Positions 26,633-35,990 of a DNA stretch of 64,000 nucleotides are shown in pieces. This DNA is from Alphaproteobacteria bacterium (GTDB lineage Bacteria; Pseudomonadota; Alphaproteobacteria; MPNO01). The number at the start of each line of letters is the position of its first letter. Within the stretch, counting starts at the first letter, position 1. The notes under the pieces were generated by a model that was not told where the DNA came from, searched no databases, and saw only the letters and a list, made by a program, of their open reading frames with translations. The stretch spans positions 2,560,001 through 2,624,000 of the forward strand of contig OZ219866.1 of assembly GCA_964291675.2 (NCBI GenBank), in the 5' to 3' direction. The translations under genes and the position numbers were made by a program.

Positions 26633-27295
26633 GTCACGGCCGGCCCCCGGATCAAGTCCGGGGATGTTCCTCTGCCGTCCGGTCTCGACTTTCGACGCGG
26701 GCCGCACCCGGCTCTCCTTGCTCCTCCACCGCCACCGCCCCGTCATGGCCGGACTTGATCCACAGCTGTCCGGTTTAGCCTTCGACGCGGGTCGCGCCCG
26801 GCGTTCCCCGCCCCATCACCATGCCTCCCCCCATCGTCATGCCCGGACTTGATCCGGGCATCCACTGGCGCCGCCGCCCCTCCCGACGGGGCGTTGTACC
26901 GGTGGCGCCAGTGGTTGCGCGGATCGAGTCCGCGCATGGGTGGCCGGATCAAGTCCGGCCATGACGGGGTGGGGGTCGCGGTGGAGGAGTACGGGAGCCG
27001 GGTGCGGCCCGCCCCGCCCGTGGGTGCCCGGAACGAGGCCGGGGTGACAACGGAGGGGCAGGGACGGCAAGTGCGGGCGTGCGGCGATCCGTGTCCCGAT
27101 CCGGCGGATGCGCCGATATCCCCCCCGGAACAAGGCTTTGCGCCCGGTCCAGCTGATCTAAACCGGACAGCAGTGGACTTGTTCCGGCCATCCATGCGGC
27201 CCCTCCGCGCGCATGGCGGTCGGTGGGAGGGCGGCGGCGCCCATGGGTGCCCGGATCACCCCCGGACTCGATCCGGGGCGTATCGAAGGACGCCC
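26633..27295. repeat. Cluster of type-A REP/REPIN-like palindromes
   Basis: Several GTCATG(C/G)CCGGACTTGATCCGG(G/C)CATCCA copies and inverted copies (26742, 26836, 26937, 27176, 27243). Confidence 0.9.
26761..27175. mobile_element. Non-autonomous MITE-like element inserted in a REP palindrome
   Basis: 18-bp terminal inverted repeats CACAGCTGTCCGGTTTAG / CTAAACCGGACAGCAGTG; 9-bp flanking direct repeat GACTTGATC/GACTTGTTC; excision restores a REP. Confidence 0.72.
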
Positions 27296-27297
27296 CC

Positions 27298-28077
27298 CTA
27301 CCGCTTGAGCGCGCCCCTGAGTTCGGCGGGCTCGATGGTGGCGACGTAGGCGAGGATCGCGTCCAGGTCCTCCAGCGTGAGCTCCAGCGGGACGATGGGC
27401 GGCGGGCGGGATTGGTCGAACGGGTCGGTCACGTCGGGGATCTGGGTGAACGACGGGTGCGGGTTGAGCATGTAGAAGCCGCGGAACCGGACCTCCCAGT
27501 CGGTGAGCGTCTTGAGCACCCGGAACGAGGGGGTCGAGCCGAGCCCGCCCATCCGGTTGCGCGGCCCGATCACGTGGCAGCGCCCGCAATGCAGGAAGGC
27601 GAGCTTCTCGCCGCGCGCGAGGTCGCCGGTGGGCGTGGGGCGCGGCTTCTCGACCCTGGCCCCGGCCGCCGCGAGGAACACCTGGCGCCCGTCGGCGCGG
27701 AAGGACTCGACCGTGCGTTGGCCCACCGTGGACAGGAGCCAGTCGACGAAGCGCCCGGCGTGCGCAGCCTCGCCCGGGCCGTCCGGCACCGCGCGCACCA
27801 GATGCAGCGCCTTGCCGGCGCGGAACGCCGGGCGCCCCTCGCCGATCGCCGCCGCCGGGCCGAGCAGCACGTCGGCCTCGACCCCTTCCAGCAGCTCGAC
27901 GGCCGAGACCTTGATCCGCGTCTTGAGCGAGAACCGGGGCAGCAGGTATTTGAACGCCCCGCTCTCCAGCAGCTCCGGCGTGCTCGCCAGCACGATCCGG
28001 CGCTCCTGCGCCGCCGCCAGACTCGCCAGCGACAGCATGCAGAGCGCGATCAGCCCCGTCCTCGACCAGCCCGCCAT
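27298..28077 (-). CDS. Exported cytochrome c with N-terminal TupA/PBP-like segment
   Basis: Signal peptide; IVLASTPELLESGAFKYLLPRF..KTRIKV; FVDWLLSTVGQ; C-terminal CGRCH. Confidence 0.75.
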   Translation of the reverse strand: MAGWSRTGLIALCMLSLASLAAAQERRIVLASTPELLESGAFKYLLPRFSLKTRIKVSAVELLEGVEADVLLGPAAAIGEGRPAFRAGKALHLVRAVPDGPGEAAHAGRFVDWLLSTVGQRTVESFRADGRQVFLAAAGARVEKPRPTPTGDLARGEKLAFLHCGRCHVIGPRNRMGGLGSTPSFRVLKTLTDWEVRFRGFYMLNPHPSFTQIPDVTDPFDQSRPPPIVPLELTLEDLDAILAYVATIEPAELRGALKR

Positions 28078-28177
28078 GGCGCCCCTCCTGCGAAATCCCC
28101 GGCGAATCCCCAGCGCAACCCCCTCGGACTCTGCGGGAAAGCCAGCTAGAATTCAATCGAAGCGCGGGAGGAGGGCG

Positions 28178-28390
28178 ATGAGCGAAGGCTTCGACGAGTT
28201 CAACATGACGATGCGCAAGTTCCTCAAGCAGGTCGGCGTGACGTCGCAGCAGGCGATCGAGGACGCGATGCGGGACGCCGGGGCGGAACGCACCGCCGGG
28301 CGGAGCTTCGCGGTCCGCATGGTGCTGACGATCGACGAGCTCGATCTCGCGCACACCGTCGAGGGCCGGATCGACGGCAGGGGCGAATGA
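28178..28390 (+). CDS. DUF6494-family small protein
   Basis: GGAGGAGG RBS; FNMTMRKFLKQVGVTSQQAIE. Confidence 0.8.
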   Translation: MSEGFDEFNMTMRKFLKQVGVTSQQAIEDAMRDAGAERTAGRSFAVRMVLTIDELDLAHTVEGRIDGRGE

Positions 28391-29448
28391 GCGCGCGCGA
28401 CGACGTGCTCGCGGCGCTGAAAGGCGTCACCGACCCGGTCAGCGGCCAGGACCTGGTGGCGGCCGGGCTGGTGCGGGCGCTCACGGTCGACGGCGGCGCG
28501 GTGCGCTTCGTGCTGGAGATCGACCCCGCGCGGGCCGAGACCATGGAGGCGGCGCGGGCCGAGGCCGAGGAGGCGGTGGGCGCGCTCGCCGGCGTCGAAC
28601 AGGTCTCGGCGGTGATGACCGCGCACAAGGCGACCGCGCCGCCCGAGCTCGACATCGGGCGCCGCGGCGAGCCGCAGGGGCCGGAAAAAATCCCCGGCGT
28701 CGAGCGCATCGTCGCCATCGCGTCCGGCAAGGGCGGGGTCGGCAAGTCCACCGTCGCCGCCAACCTCGCCGCCGCCTTCGCCGCCGAGGGCAGGCGCGCC
28801 GGGATGCTGGATGCCGACGTCTACGGCCCGTCCCAGCCGCGCATGCTGGGCGTCTCCGGCCGCCCCGCCTCGCCCGACGGCAAGACCATCCTGCCGATGC
28901 GCAACCACGGCGTCACCATGATGTCGATCGGGCTGATGACCCGCGAGGACGAGGCCGTGGTGTGGCGCGGGCCGATGCTGATGGGCGCGCTGCAGCAGAT
29001 GATGAGCCAGGTGCAGTGGGGCGCGCTCGACGTGCTGGTGGTCGATTTGCCGCCGGGCACCGGCGACGTGCAGATGACGCTCACCCAGAACGCCGAGGTG
29101 ACCGGCGCCATCGTGGTGTCGACGCCGCAGGACGTGGCGCTGATCGACGCCCGCAAGGGGGTCGACATGTTCCGCAAGATGGAGACCCCGATCCTCGGCA
29201 TGATCGAGAACATGTCGACCTATGTCTGCGCGAATTGCGGCCACGAGGCGCATCTGTTCGGCCATGGCGGGGTGCGCGAGGCGGCCGAGCGCCTCGGCGT
29301 GCCGCTGCTGGCCGAGATCCCGCTCGACATCGACATCAGGACGGCGGCCGACGGCGGCGCGCCGATCGTCGTCTCCCGGCCGGGCTCGCCCGCGGCCGGG
29401 GCGTTCCGCGCGCTGGCCCGCGCGCTGATCGAAGACGGGCACGCGTGA
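28387..29448 (+). CDS. mrp: Mrp/ApbC (NBP35) Fe-S cluster carrier ATPase
   Basis: VAIASGKGGVGKST, DADVYGPS, WRGPML, DLPPGTGD, IENMSTYVCANC. Confidence 0.95.
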   Translation: MSARDDVLAALKGVTDPVSGQDLVAAGLVRALTVDGGAVRFVLEIDPARAETMEAARAEAEEAVGALAGVEQVSAVMTAHKATAPPELDIGRRGEPQGPEKIPGVERIVAIASGKGGVGKSTVAANLAAAFAAEGRRAGMLDADVYGPSQPRMLGVSGRPASPDGKTILPMRNHGVTMMSIGLMTREDEAVVWRGPMLMGALQQMMSQVQWGALDVLVVDLPPGTGDVQMTLTQNAEVTGAIVVSTPQDVALIDARKGVDMFRKMETPILGMIENMSTYVCANCGHEAHLFGHGGVREAAERLGVPLLAEIPLDIDIRTAADGGAPIVVSRPGSPAAGAFRALARALIEDGHA

Positions 29449-30173
29449 ACGGCGAGGAGGACAGGCCGAGCTTCCCGCCGCTGTTCGCCGGAATCGAGGT
29501 CGCGGGCGGCACCGACCCCTTCGCCAAGGCCTGCGCCGAGGCGGCGCTCGGCTGCGACGCCGGCACCGTCGTCTACAACATCGCCGTCGACCGGCTGGCG
29601 GCGGCCATCGTGTTCGCCCCCGAGGTCGCGCTCCAGGACGCGATGGCGATGCTGCCGGCCTGCGGCGTCGGGTTCCAGAACGCGCTCGGCGCGCTGGCCC
29701 CGCCCGAGGTCGCCGTCCACCTGACCTGGCAGGGCGGCATTTTGGTCAACGGGGCTACCTGCGGCAGGCTGCGGGCGGCGGCGGCGACGGGCGATCCCGA
29801 TTCCGTGCCGGACTGGCTCGCGGTCGGGCTGGAGGTGCGGCTGATCCCCGACGACCCGGACGCGCCGGGCGCCGAGCCCGACCGCACCTCGCTGTTCGAG
29901 GAGGGCTGCGTCGAGGTCGCGCCGGCGCGGCTGCTGGAGTCCTGGGCGCGGCACACGCTGGTGTGGATCAACCGCTGGTCGGAGGAGGGCGCGCGCCCGC
30001 TGCACGCCGAGTGGCGCGGGCTCGCCCACGACATGGGCGAGGAGATCGCGCTGGACCGGGGCGGTGCGGCGATGCATGGTGTGTTCGTCGGCATCGACGA
30101 GCGCTTCGGGCTGCTGCTGCGCCGGGGCGACGACACGACGCTGGTGCCGTTGAGCGAGCTCCTGGAGAAGTGA
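29445..30173 (+). CDS. Biotin/lipoate-ligase-like protein (DUF4444 type)
   Basis: GTG overlap with mrp stop; FAPEVAL, ALGALAPPEV, VNGATCGRLR, TSLFEEGC, FVGIDERFGLLL. Confidence 0.8.
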   Translation: MNGEEDRPSFPPLFAGIEVAGGTDPFAKACAEAALGCDAGTVVYNIAVDRLAAAIVFAPEVALQDAMAMLPACGVGFQNALGALAPPEVAVHLTWQGGILVNGATCGRLRAAAATGDPDSVPDWLAVGLEVRLIPDDPDAPGAEPDRTSLFEEGCVEVAPARLLESWARHTLVWINRWSEEGARPLHAEWRGLAHDMGEEIALDRGGAAMHGVFVGIDERFGLLLRRGDDTTLVPLSELLEK

Positions 30174-30661
30174 CGGTGAACCTCGCCCGCGCGATCCATT
30201 TCGACGAGAGCGACATGCGCATCTTCTACGCGCCGGCGCGCACCGGCGAATGGTGCATCTCGGGCGGGTTCGAGTTCTCCAACTGGGGCGAGGCGGACCT
30301 CGCCGGCAAGGCGCGCCAGGCCTTCGCCAATGGCTGGCTCGGGGTGGAGACCTTCGGCCGGGTGACCTTCGTCGCGGTGACCCGCATCGAGCCCGACGAG
30401 CTGGCGGCGCTGGCGAGCCGTCTGGCCGGGCACTTCGTCGAGGTGTGGGGCGCGCCCTCGGTCGAGGCGGCGCTGCCGGCGGCGCGCGAGGAGCTGGCGC
30501 AGATGGCCGAGCTGTGCGCCGACCACGCCCCCAACACCCTGCTCACCGTCGCCCGCGAGCTCACCGGGGCGGGGGTCAAAGAGAGCTTCCGCGTCATCGA
30601 GGCCGAGGACGCCGGGCTCGAGCAGTTCGCCATCCACGGCGATGCGGAGGGGATGCATTAG
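30170..30661 (+). CDS. DUF6505-family protein
   Basis: GTG overlap; RAIHFDESD, GEWCISGGFEF, RQAFANGWLG. Confidence 0.8.
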   Translation: MTVNLARAIHFDESDMRIFYAPARTGEWCISGGFEFSNWGEADLAGKARQAFANGWLGVETFGRVTFVAVTRIEPDELAALASRLAGHFVEVWGAPSVEAALPAAREELAQMAELCADHAPNTLLTVARELTGAGVKESFRVIEAEDAGLEQFAIHGDAEGMH

Positions 30662-30778
30662 GGCGCCGCACGCGGCGTTTCCCTCCCCGGTCGCGCCCCG
30701 ACTCGTTCCACCGCTGTCCGGCTCGGACTTTCAACCCGGGCTCCGCGCCCATGAGCGACAACATCTCCGCCCCTCGTT

Positions 30779-30830
30779 GTCACCCCGGGCTTGCCCCGGA
30801 TCGCAGTCCGGCGCAAGTCCGGCCGTGACG
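30779..30830. repeat. Degenerate type-A REP with nested hairpin
   Basis: GTCACCCCGGGCTTG-CCCCGGATCGCAGTCCGG-CGCAAGTCCGGCCGTGAC. Confidence 0.65.
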
Positions 30831-31002
30831 AAGGGGGCGGGCGAGGGAGCCGCACCCGGTGGCGCCCTGTTCCCGGTCCACCGCCCGGCGGGCGCGAACG
30901 GCGGAGGCTTGCCTGGCCGAGGCGCGATAGGCAGGTTGCACGACAAGCCGCCCATCCCCGGGGCAGACCGGCCTCGCCCATTCCCAGCCCGGAGAGCCTC
31001 CG

Positions 31003-34000
31003 ATGCTGACGCCGGACGAGCTTGAGAAAGTCGTTGCCGAGCTCGCTTCCCGGCCCGGCCACGAGAAGGTTCGCACGCAGGTGCACCGGCTGTTGGTCGA
31101 TGGCCTGGGTGCGGACAGCCGCGACATAGATTTCGAACGGCCCGCCCCCGAGGTGCGCGGCCGGATCGACGCCTTGCTCGGCCGCACCGTGTTGGAATTC
31201 AAGTCCGATTTGCGGCGCGAACGCGCGGACGCGGAGCAAGGGCTCGCCCGCTACCTCTCCGAACGGGAAAGCGAAACCGGCGAACGATATGTCGGCATCG
31301 CCACGGACGGCGCCGACTTCATCGCCTTCTTCCTTCGCGACGATCGGGTCCTCGAGGTCGGGCTCCATCGCGCGGAGCCCGCCGAACCGGGGACATTGCT
31401 GACATGGCTGCGAGGCACGGTGGCGATCGGCGAGGAATTGGTCCCCGATCCGTTCACGATCACGCGTGAGTTCGGACGCCAGAGCCTGGCCGCGCAACGT
31501 GCCATGCTCGACCTGGACGACCTATGGACAGGGGTTGCGCACTCGCCCGAGGCGGGTCTGAAGCGGGAGCTTTGGAACCGCCTGCTGAGCGTCGCCTACG
31601 GGGCCGAAATCGGCGACGACGCCCTGTTCCTGCAACACACCTATCTCGTCGTCGTGGCCAAGGCGGTGGCCTGGTCGGCGATGATCGACGCGCCCCCGCC
31701 GGACGGCGCGGCGCTCTTGCACGGAACCGCATTCGCCGATCTCGGAATCGAGGGGCAAAGCGAAGCCGATTTCTTCGATTGGGTGCTGGAGGCCGAAGGC
31801 GGCGCGGAGCTGGTCATGCGGATCGCGCGCCAGGTAAACCGGTTCCGGCTGCGCGACATTCGCGTCGACATTCTCAAGGCGCTCTACGAGAGCCTGATCG
31901 ACCCGGAGACCCGCCACGATCTCGGCGAGTACTACACCCCCGACTGGCTGGCGGCGCGAATGGTCGCGGCCACAGTGGACCGGCCGCTTGAGCAGCGGGT
32001 CATGGACCCGGCCTGCGGCTCGGGCACCTTCCTGTTTCACGCGGTAAGGGCGGTGGTGGACGCCGCGGACGCTCGGGGTTTGTCCCCGGCGGAAGCGATA
32101 CGCCTGACCGCCCGGAACATTGCCGGAATCGACATCCATCCCGTCGCCGTCATCTTCGCACGGGTGACTTTCCTGCTCGCGCTGATGCCGGCGCTGCGCG
32201 AAGGACATCCGGGCAGAGTGACTTTGCCCGTCTATCTGGGTGACGCGCTGCAATGGAACCTCGCTCGGCCCGGCGAAAAGGGCAGGCAGCCCGACATTTT
32301 CGCCGGCAGCGGCACGCTCGAAATATCGGTTCCTGCGGTCACTGTGAACGATCCGAAACCCCGGCGCCTCGATCCGGCAATTCTGGAGTTCCCCGCTGCG
32401 GTGGCATCCGACGCCGGGCTCTTCGACCGCGTGCTCAACAGCATGATCGAGCTCGGCGCCAGATTGGAACCCGCAAGCAATTTCGTTGCGTGGCTGCAAC
32501 GCGAGGTATCGGTCTCGGACGACGCTCGGAAGGCTCTCAAGAAAACCTATCAGGTCATGTCCCGCCTCCAGAACGAGGGCCGGAACCACGTTTGGGGCTA
32601 TGTCGCGCGGAATTTGGCCCGCCCTGTCTGGCTGTCCAGCGAGGCGCAGAAGGCAGATGTCGTGATCGGCAACCCGCCCTGGGTTTCATATCGCTACATG
32701 AGTCCCGGCGTTCAGGGTCGGTTCCATGACGAATGCCGCGCCGCTCAACTCTGGGTAGGCGGCCATGTTGCCACGCAGCAGGATCTTTCCGGCTATTTCT
32801 TCATGCGCGCGGCACTGCTCTATATGCGCCGGACCGGACGAATTGCCCTCGTGATGCCGTACGCCGCAATGTCCCGCCAGGCCTACGCTCCATTTCGAGC
32901 GGGCCGGGTGGCGCGCCTGGGCCAAACCGAGCTCCGGCTCGGCTTCATCGAAGCCCGGGCATTCGGATCGGAAGTACAACCGCTCTTCCCCGTGCCGAGT
33001 TGCGTTCTGTTTGCCGGATGTCACGATGGAGCGACAGCGGCGCCGCTCCCCGGGGAAGTGCTCGCCTATGCCGGGACGCTGCCGCGGCGGGATGCCGACG
33101 AAGCGGAAGCGACGTCCAATCTGACGGCGGCGGTCGTGGGCTGGCCACCGGAAGTCACCGGCGACGGCGGGTCGCCCTACCGCGGCGCCTTTCGGAACGG
33201 GGCGACTCTTTGGCCGAGACGCCTCGTCCTCGTCGAACCCGTCCCCGCGACAGGACTCCTCCCGCCCAACCCTGAATCGCCATTGGTTCGCGGCCGGGCC
33301 GGCAACCAGGACAAGAATCCCTGGAAAGGCCTGAATCCGCCGCAGGGCACGGTGGAGAAGGGATTTCTGCGCCCTGTACTGCTCGGCGAATCCATCGCCC
33401 CGTTCCGCGTGATTCGGCCGCTCCAAGCTGTTGTGCCCTGGGATGAAGAGCGATTCGAGCTAATGGATGCACGTGCCGCTGCGAGGTGCGGATACCGGGC
33501 CTTGGCTCGGTGGTTGGAAAAGTCCGAATCCCTGTGGGAAGAGCACAAGGGCAGCGATTTGAGCTTCATTCAGCAGTGCGACTACTACGGGAAACTGTCC
33601 TGCCAATTTCCAATTGCCCCCATCCGAGTGGTCTACACGAAAGCGGGCACCAATCTCGCCGCGGCGGTGGTCGAGAATGAATCGGCGCTCGTCGACCACA
33701 AGCTCTACTGGGGACAGGCGAGGAGCAGGGCAGAAGCGTACTATCTCTGCGGCATTCTCAACAGTGAGGCACTGCGCGCCAGCGTGGCACCGTATCAAGC
33801 GCAGGGGCAGTGGGGCGCACGGGACTTCGACAAGTATGTGTTCAACCTGCCAATCCCGCGCTTCGATGGCAGCGATGCTCTCCACCAACGCCTTGCCCTC
33901 GCCGCCAGAAGGGCGAAGACGGTTGCCGATCGGGTCGACCTGAGGGAAGGCGAATACTTCACTCGCTCCCGCAGGCGCGTCCGCGACGCTCTTGCCGAGC

Positions 34001-34056
34001 ACGGCGTCGCATCTCGTTTGGAGGAGCTGGTGGCCGACTTGCTGGACGGCCCGTGA
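31003..34056 (+). CDS. Fused restriction endonuclease / N6-adenine methyltransferase (type IIG-like)
   Basis: N-terminal RIDALL...LEFK nuclease motif; LGEYYTPDWL, DPACGSGTF (motif I), GNPPW (motif IV); C-terminal TRD-like region; more A/T-ending codons than flanks. Confidence 0.88.
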   Translation: MLTPDELEKVVAELASRPGHEKVRTQVHRLLVDGLGADSRDIDFERPAPEVRGRIDALLGRTVLEFKSDLRRERADAEQGLARYLSERESETGERYVGIATDGADFIAFFLRDDRVLEVGLHRAEPAEPGTLLTWLRGTVAIGEELVPDPFTITREFGRQSLAAQRAMLDLDDLWTGVAHSPEAGLKRELWNRLLSVAYGAEIGDDALFLQHTYLVVVAKAVAWSAMIDAPPPDGAALLHGTAFADLGIEGQSEADFFDWVLEAEGGAELVMRIARQVNRFRLRDIRVDILKALYESLIDPETRHDLGEYYTPDWLAARMVAATVDRPLEQRVMDPACGSGTFLFHAVRAVVDAADARGLSPAEAIRLTARNIAGIDIHPVAVIFARVTFLLALMPALREGHPGRVTLPVYLGDALQWNLARPGEKGRQPDIFAGSGTLEISVPAVTVNDPKPRRLDPAILEFPAAVASDAGLFDRVLNSMIELGARLEPASNFVAWLQREVSVSDDARKALKKTYQVMSRLQNEGRNHVWGYVARNLARPVWLSSEAQKADVVIGNPPWVSYRYMSPGVQGRFHDECRAAQLWVGGHVATQQDLSGYFFMRAALLYMRRTGRIALVMPYAAMSRQAYAPFRAGRVARLGQTELRLGFIEARAFGSEVQPLFPVPSCVLFAGCHDGATAAPLPGEVLAYAGTLPRRDADEAEATSNLTAAVVGWPPEVTGDGGSPYRGAFRNGATLWPRRLVLVEPVPATGLLPPNPESPLVRGRAGNQDKNPWKGLNPPQGTVEKGFLRPVLLGESIAPFRVIRPLQAVVPWDEERFELMDARAAARCGYRALARWLEKSESLWEEHKGSDLSFIQQCDYYGKLSCQFPIAPIRVVYTKAGTNLAAAVVENESALVDHKLYWGQARSRAEAYYLCGILNSEALRASVAPYQAQGQWGARDFDKYVFNLPIPRFDGSDALHQRLALAARRAKTVADRVDLREGEYFTRSRRRVRDALAEHGVASRLEELVADLLDGP

Positions 34057-34164
34057 CGGCCGCCCCTTGCCGGTCGATGCAGGGGCTCCCCGCCCGGCTG
34101 GCGCCCGCCCGCGGATCGCGGGAATGTTGGCGGCCTGGCGTATCGCGGCCGCCGATCGGAAGAA

Positions 34165-34366
34165 GCGATGGCGATGCGGCCGGCCTGCGGCGTCGGCTTG
34201 CAGAACGCGCTCGGCGCGCCGGGCCCGCCCGAGGTCGCGCTGCATCCGACCCGGCCGGGCGGCATCCCGGTCGACGGGGCGGCCTGCGGCGCGCTCCGGG
34301 CGGCCGCGCGCTCACCGCGGCCCACGACGCCCGGCTCGAACAATTCGCCGTCCGCCCGGATGCCTG
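34165..34366 (+). pseudogene. Internally deleted, diverged relic copy of the DUF4444-type and DUF6505-type genes
   Basis: 34165-34308 aligns by eye to 29640-29783; 34310-34364 aligns to 30541-30554 and 30608-30646. Confidence 0.8.
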
Positions 34367-34561
34367 AATTTTATCTAATAAAGCAATAATCCCTTGACAC
34401 GGGACACGTCTCAACCTATATTCTCTATATTAGAAAAATAGCAGGCGTCGCACCGCCAGCGTCCCTTCTCTGCCCCATGCCCCGGCGACACGCAGCGCTG
34501 TCGGGTGTGTATTTTTACGATTTTTCTTATAAAAAATTTGTCGCCAGTACATAATGCAGCC
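34367..34561 (+). promoter_or_regulatory. AT-rich promoter region of tupBCA
   Basis: TTGACA near 34393 followed by TATATT at about 17 nt; second AT-rich block ending TACATAAT just before the ATG. Confidence 0.55.
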
Positions 34562-35269
34562 ATGGACGGGTTTTGGGGGTCGTTGGCGCAGGCGGTGGGG
34601 CTGATCCTTGCCTGGGATCCGGAGCTGATCGAGATCATCGGGCTGTCGCTGCGCGTCACGCTGAGCGCGCTGGTATTGGCCTGCCTGATCGGCCTGCCGC
34701 TGGGTGCGGCGGTGGGGGCGTTCCGCTTTCCCGGGCGGGTGGCGGCGACGGTGGCGCTGAACGCGCTGATGGGGCTGCCGCCGGTCGTCGTCGGGCTGAT
34801 GGTCTATCTGGTGCTGTCGGCGTCGGGCCCGCTTGGCGTGCTCGGCCTGCTCTACACCCCGGCGGCGATGATCGCCGCCCAGACCGTGCTGGTAACCCCC
34901 ATCGTCGCCGCGCTCACCCGCCAGGCGGTCGAGGAGCTCGACCGCGAATACGCCGAGCAGTTCGCCTCGCTCGGCGTCGGGCCGCTCGGCCGGCTCCGCG
35001 CGCTCTTGTGGGACGCGCGCTACGCCCTGCTCACCGTGGCGCTCGCCGGGTTCGGCCGCGCCGTGGCCGAGGTCGGCGCGGTGATGATCGTCGGCGGCAA
35101 TATCGACCACGCGACGCGGGTGATGACCACGGCGATCGCGCTGGAGACCTCGAAGGGCAATCTCGAGCTGGCGCTGGCGCTCGGCGCGGTGCTGATCGCG
35201 CTCGCCGTCGCGGTGACCGGGGCGGTGATGACGCTGCGCGCCTCGGCGGTCCGCATGGCCTATGGCTGA
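34562..35269 (+). CDS. tupB: Tungstate ABC transporter permease
   Basis: NALMGLPPVVVGL, AGFGRAVAEVGAVMIVGGNI, TRVMTTAIALETSKG. Confidence 0.93.
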   Translation: MDGFWGSLAQAVGLILAWDPELIEIIGLSLRVTLSALVLACLIGLPLGAAVGAFRFPGRVAATVALNALMGLPPVVVGLMVYLVLSASGPLGVLGLLYTPAAMIAAQTVLVTPIVAALTRQAVEELDREYAEQFASLGVGPLGRLRALLWDARYALLTVALAGFGRAVAEVGAVMIVGGNIDHATRVMTTAIALETSKGNLELALALGAVLIALAVAVTGAVMTLRASAVRMAYG

Positions 35270-35990
35270 GCCCCTGCTGAGCGCGACCGGGCTCCGCTTC
35301 GAGGCCGGCGGCGCGCGTCCGGTCGACGGCATCGACCTCGCCATCCGCGCAGGCGACAGCGTCGCGGTGATGGGCGCCAACGGCGCCGGCAAGAGCCTGC
35401 TGCTGCGCCTGCTGCACGGGCTGATCCGCCCGAGCGCGGGCGAGATCCTGTGGCGCGGGCGCCCGCCCGGGCGCGCCGCCCGCGAAGCCCAGGCGATGGT
35501 GTTCCAGCGCCCGGTGCTGCTGCGCCGCTCGGTGCGCGCCAATCTCCGCTTCGCGCTGGCGGCGCGCGGGGTCGCCGGCGCCGAGCGCGCGGCGCGCGCC
35601 GAGCACGCGCTCGCCCGCGCCCGGCTCGCCCATCTCGCGCGGCGCCCGGCGCGGCTGCTCTCGGCCGGCGAGCAGCAGCGCCTCGCCATCGCCCGCGCGC
35701 TCGCCACCGCGCCCGAGCTCCTGTTCCTCGACGAGCCGACGGCGAGCCTCGACCCGGCCTCGGCGCGGGCGGTCGAGGCGCTGATCGCGGAGGCGCATGC
35801 GGCGGGCGTCGCCATCGTGCTGGTGACCCACGATGCGGGCCAGGCGTTGCGCCTCGCCGGCGAGCTGGTGTTCCTCGATGCCGGGCGCGTCGCCGAGACC
35901 GGCGCGCTGCCGGGCGCGCTGCGGGCGCCGCGTTCCGAGGCCGCGCGCGCCTGGGTCGAGGGCCGCCTCCATGCCGGGCCCGCGCAGTGA
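35262..35990 (+). CDS. tupC: Tungstate ABC transporter ATPase
   Basis: GANGAGKS, AMVFQRPVLLRRSV, LSAGEQQR, LFLDEPT. Confidence 0.9.
   Translation: MAEPLLSATGLRFEAGGARPVDGIDLAIRAGDSVAVMGANGAGKSLLLRLLHGLIRPSAGEILWRGRPPGRAAREAQAMVFQRPVLLRRSVRANLRFALAARGVAGAERAARAEHALARARLAHLARRPARLLSAGEQQRLAIARALATAPELLFLDEPTASLDPASARAVEALIAEAHAAGVAIVLVTHDAGQALRLAGELVFLDAGRVAETGALPGALRAPRSEAARAWVEGRLHAGPAQ

Noticed and set aside
26633-27295. Repeat clusters (also 37885-38524) as CRISPR arrays
   Set aside because: Repeats alternate in orientation, spacing is irregular, intervening sequence is partly conserved and no cas genes are present; they fit REP/REPIN elements
24945-27295. Integron cassette array
   Set aside because: No integrase and no attC-like RYYYAAC/GTTRRRY boundaries recognised
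26529-27349. Small ORFs across the REP clusters (also 37650-38500)
   Set aside because: Translations of palindromic repeats (SWPDLIRP and MDARIKSGHD motifs) with no RBS or domain support
34410-34440. ModE-type operator upstream of tupB
   Set aside because: The TATAT half sites are only 4 nt apart and overlap a plausible -10 box; not a convincing match
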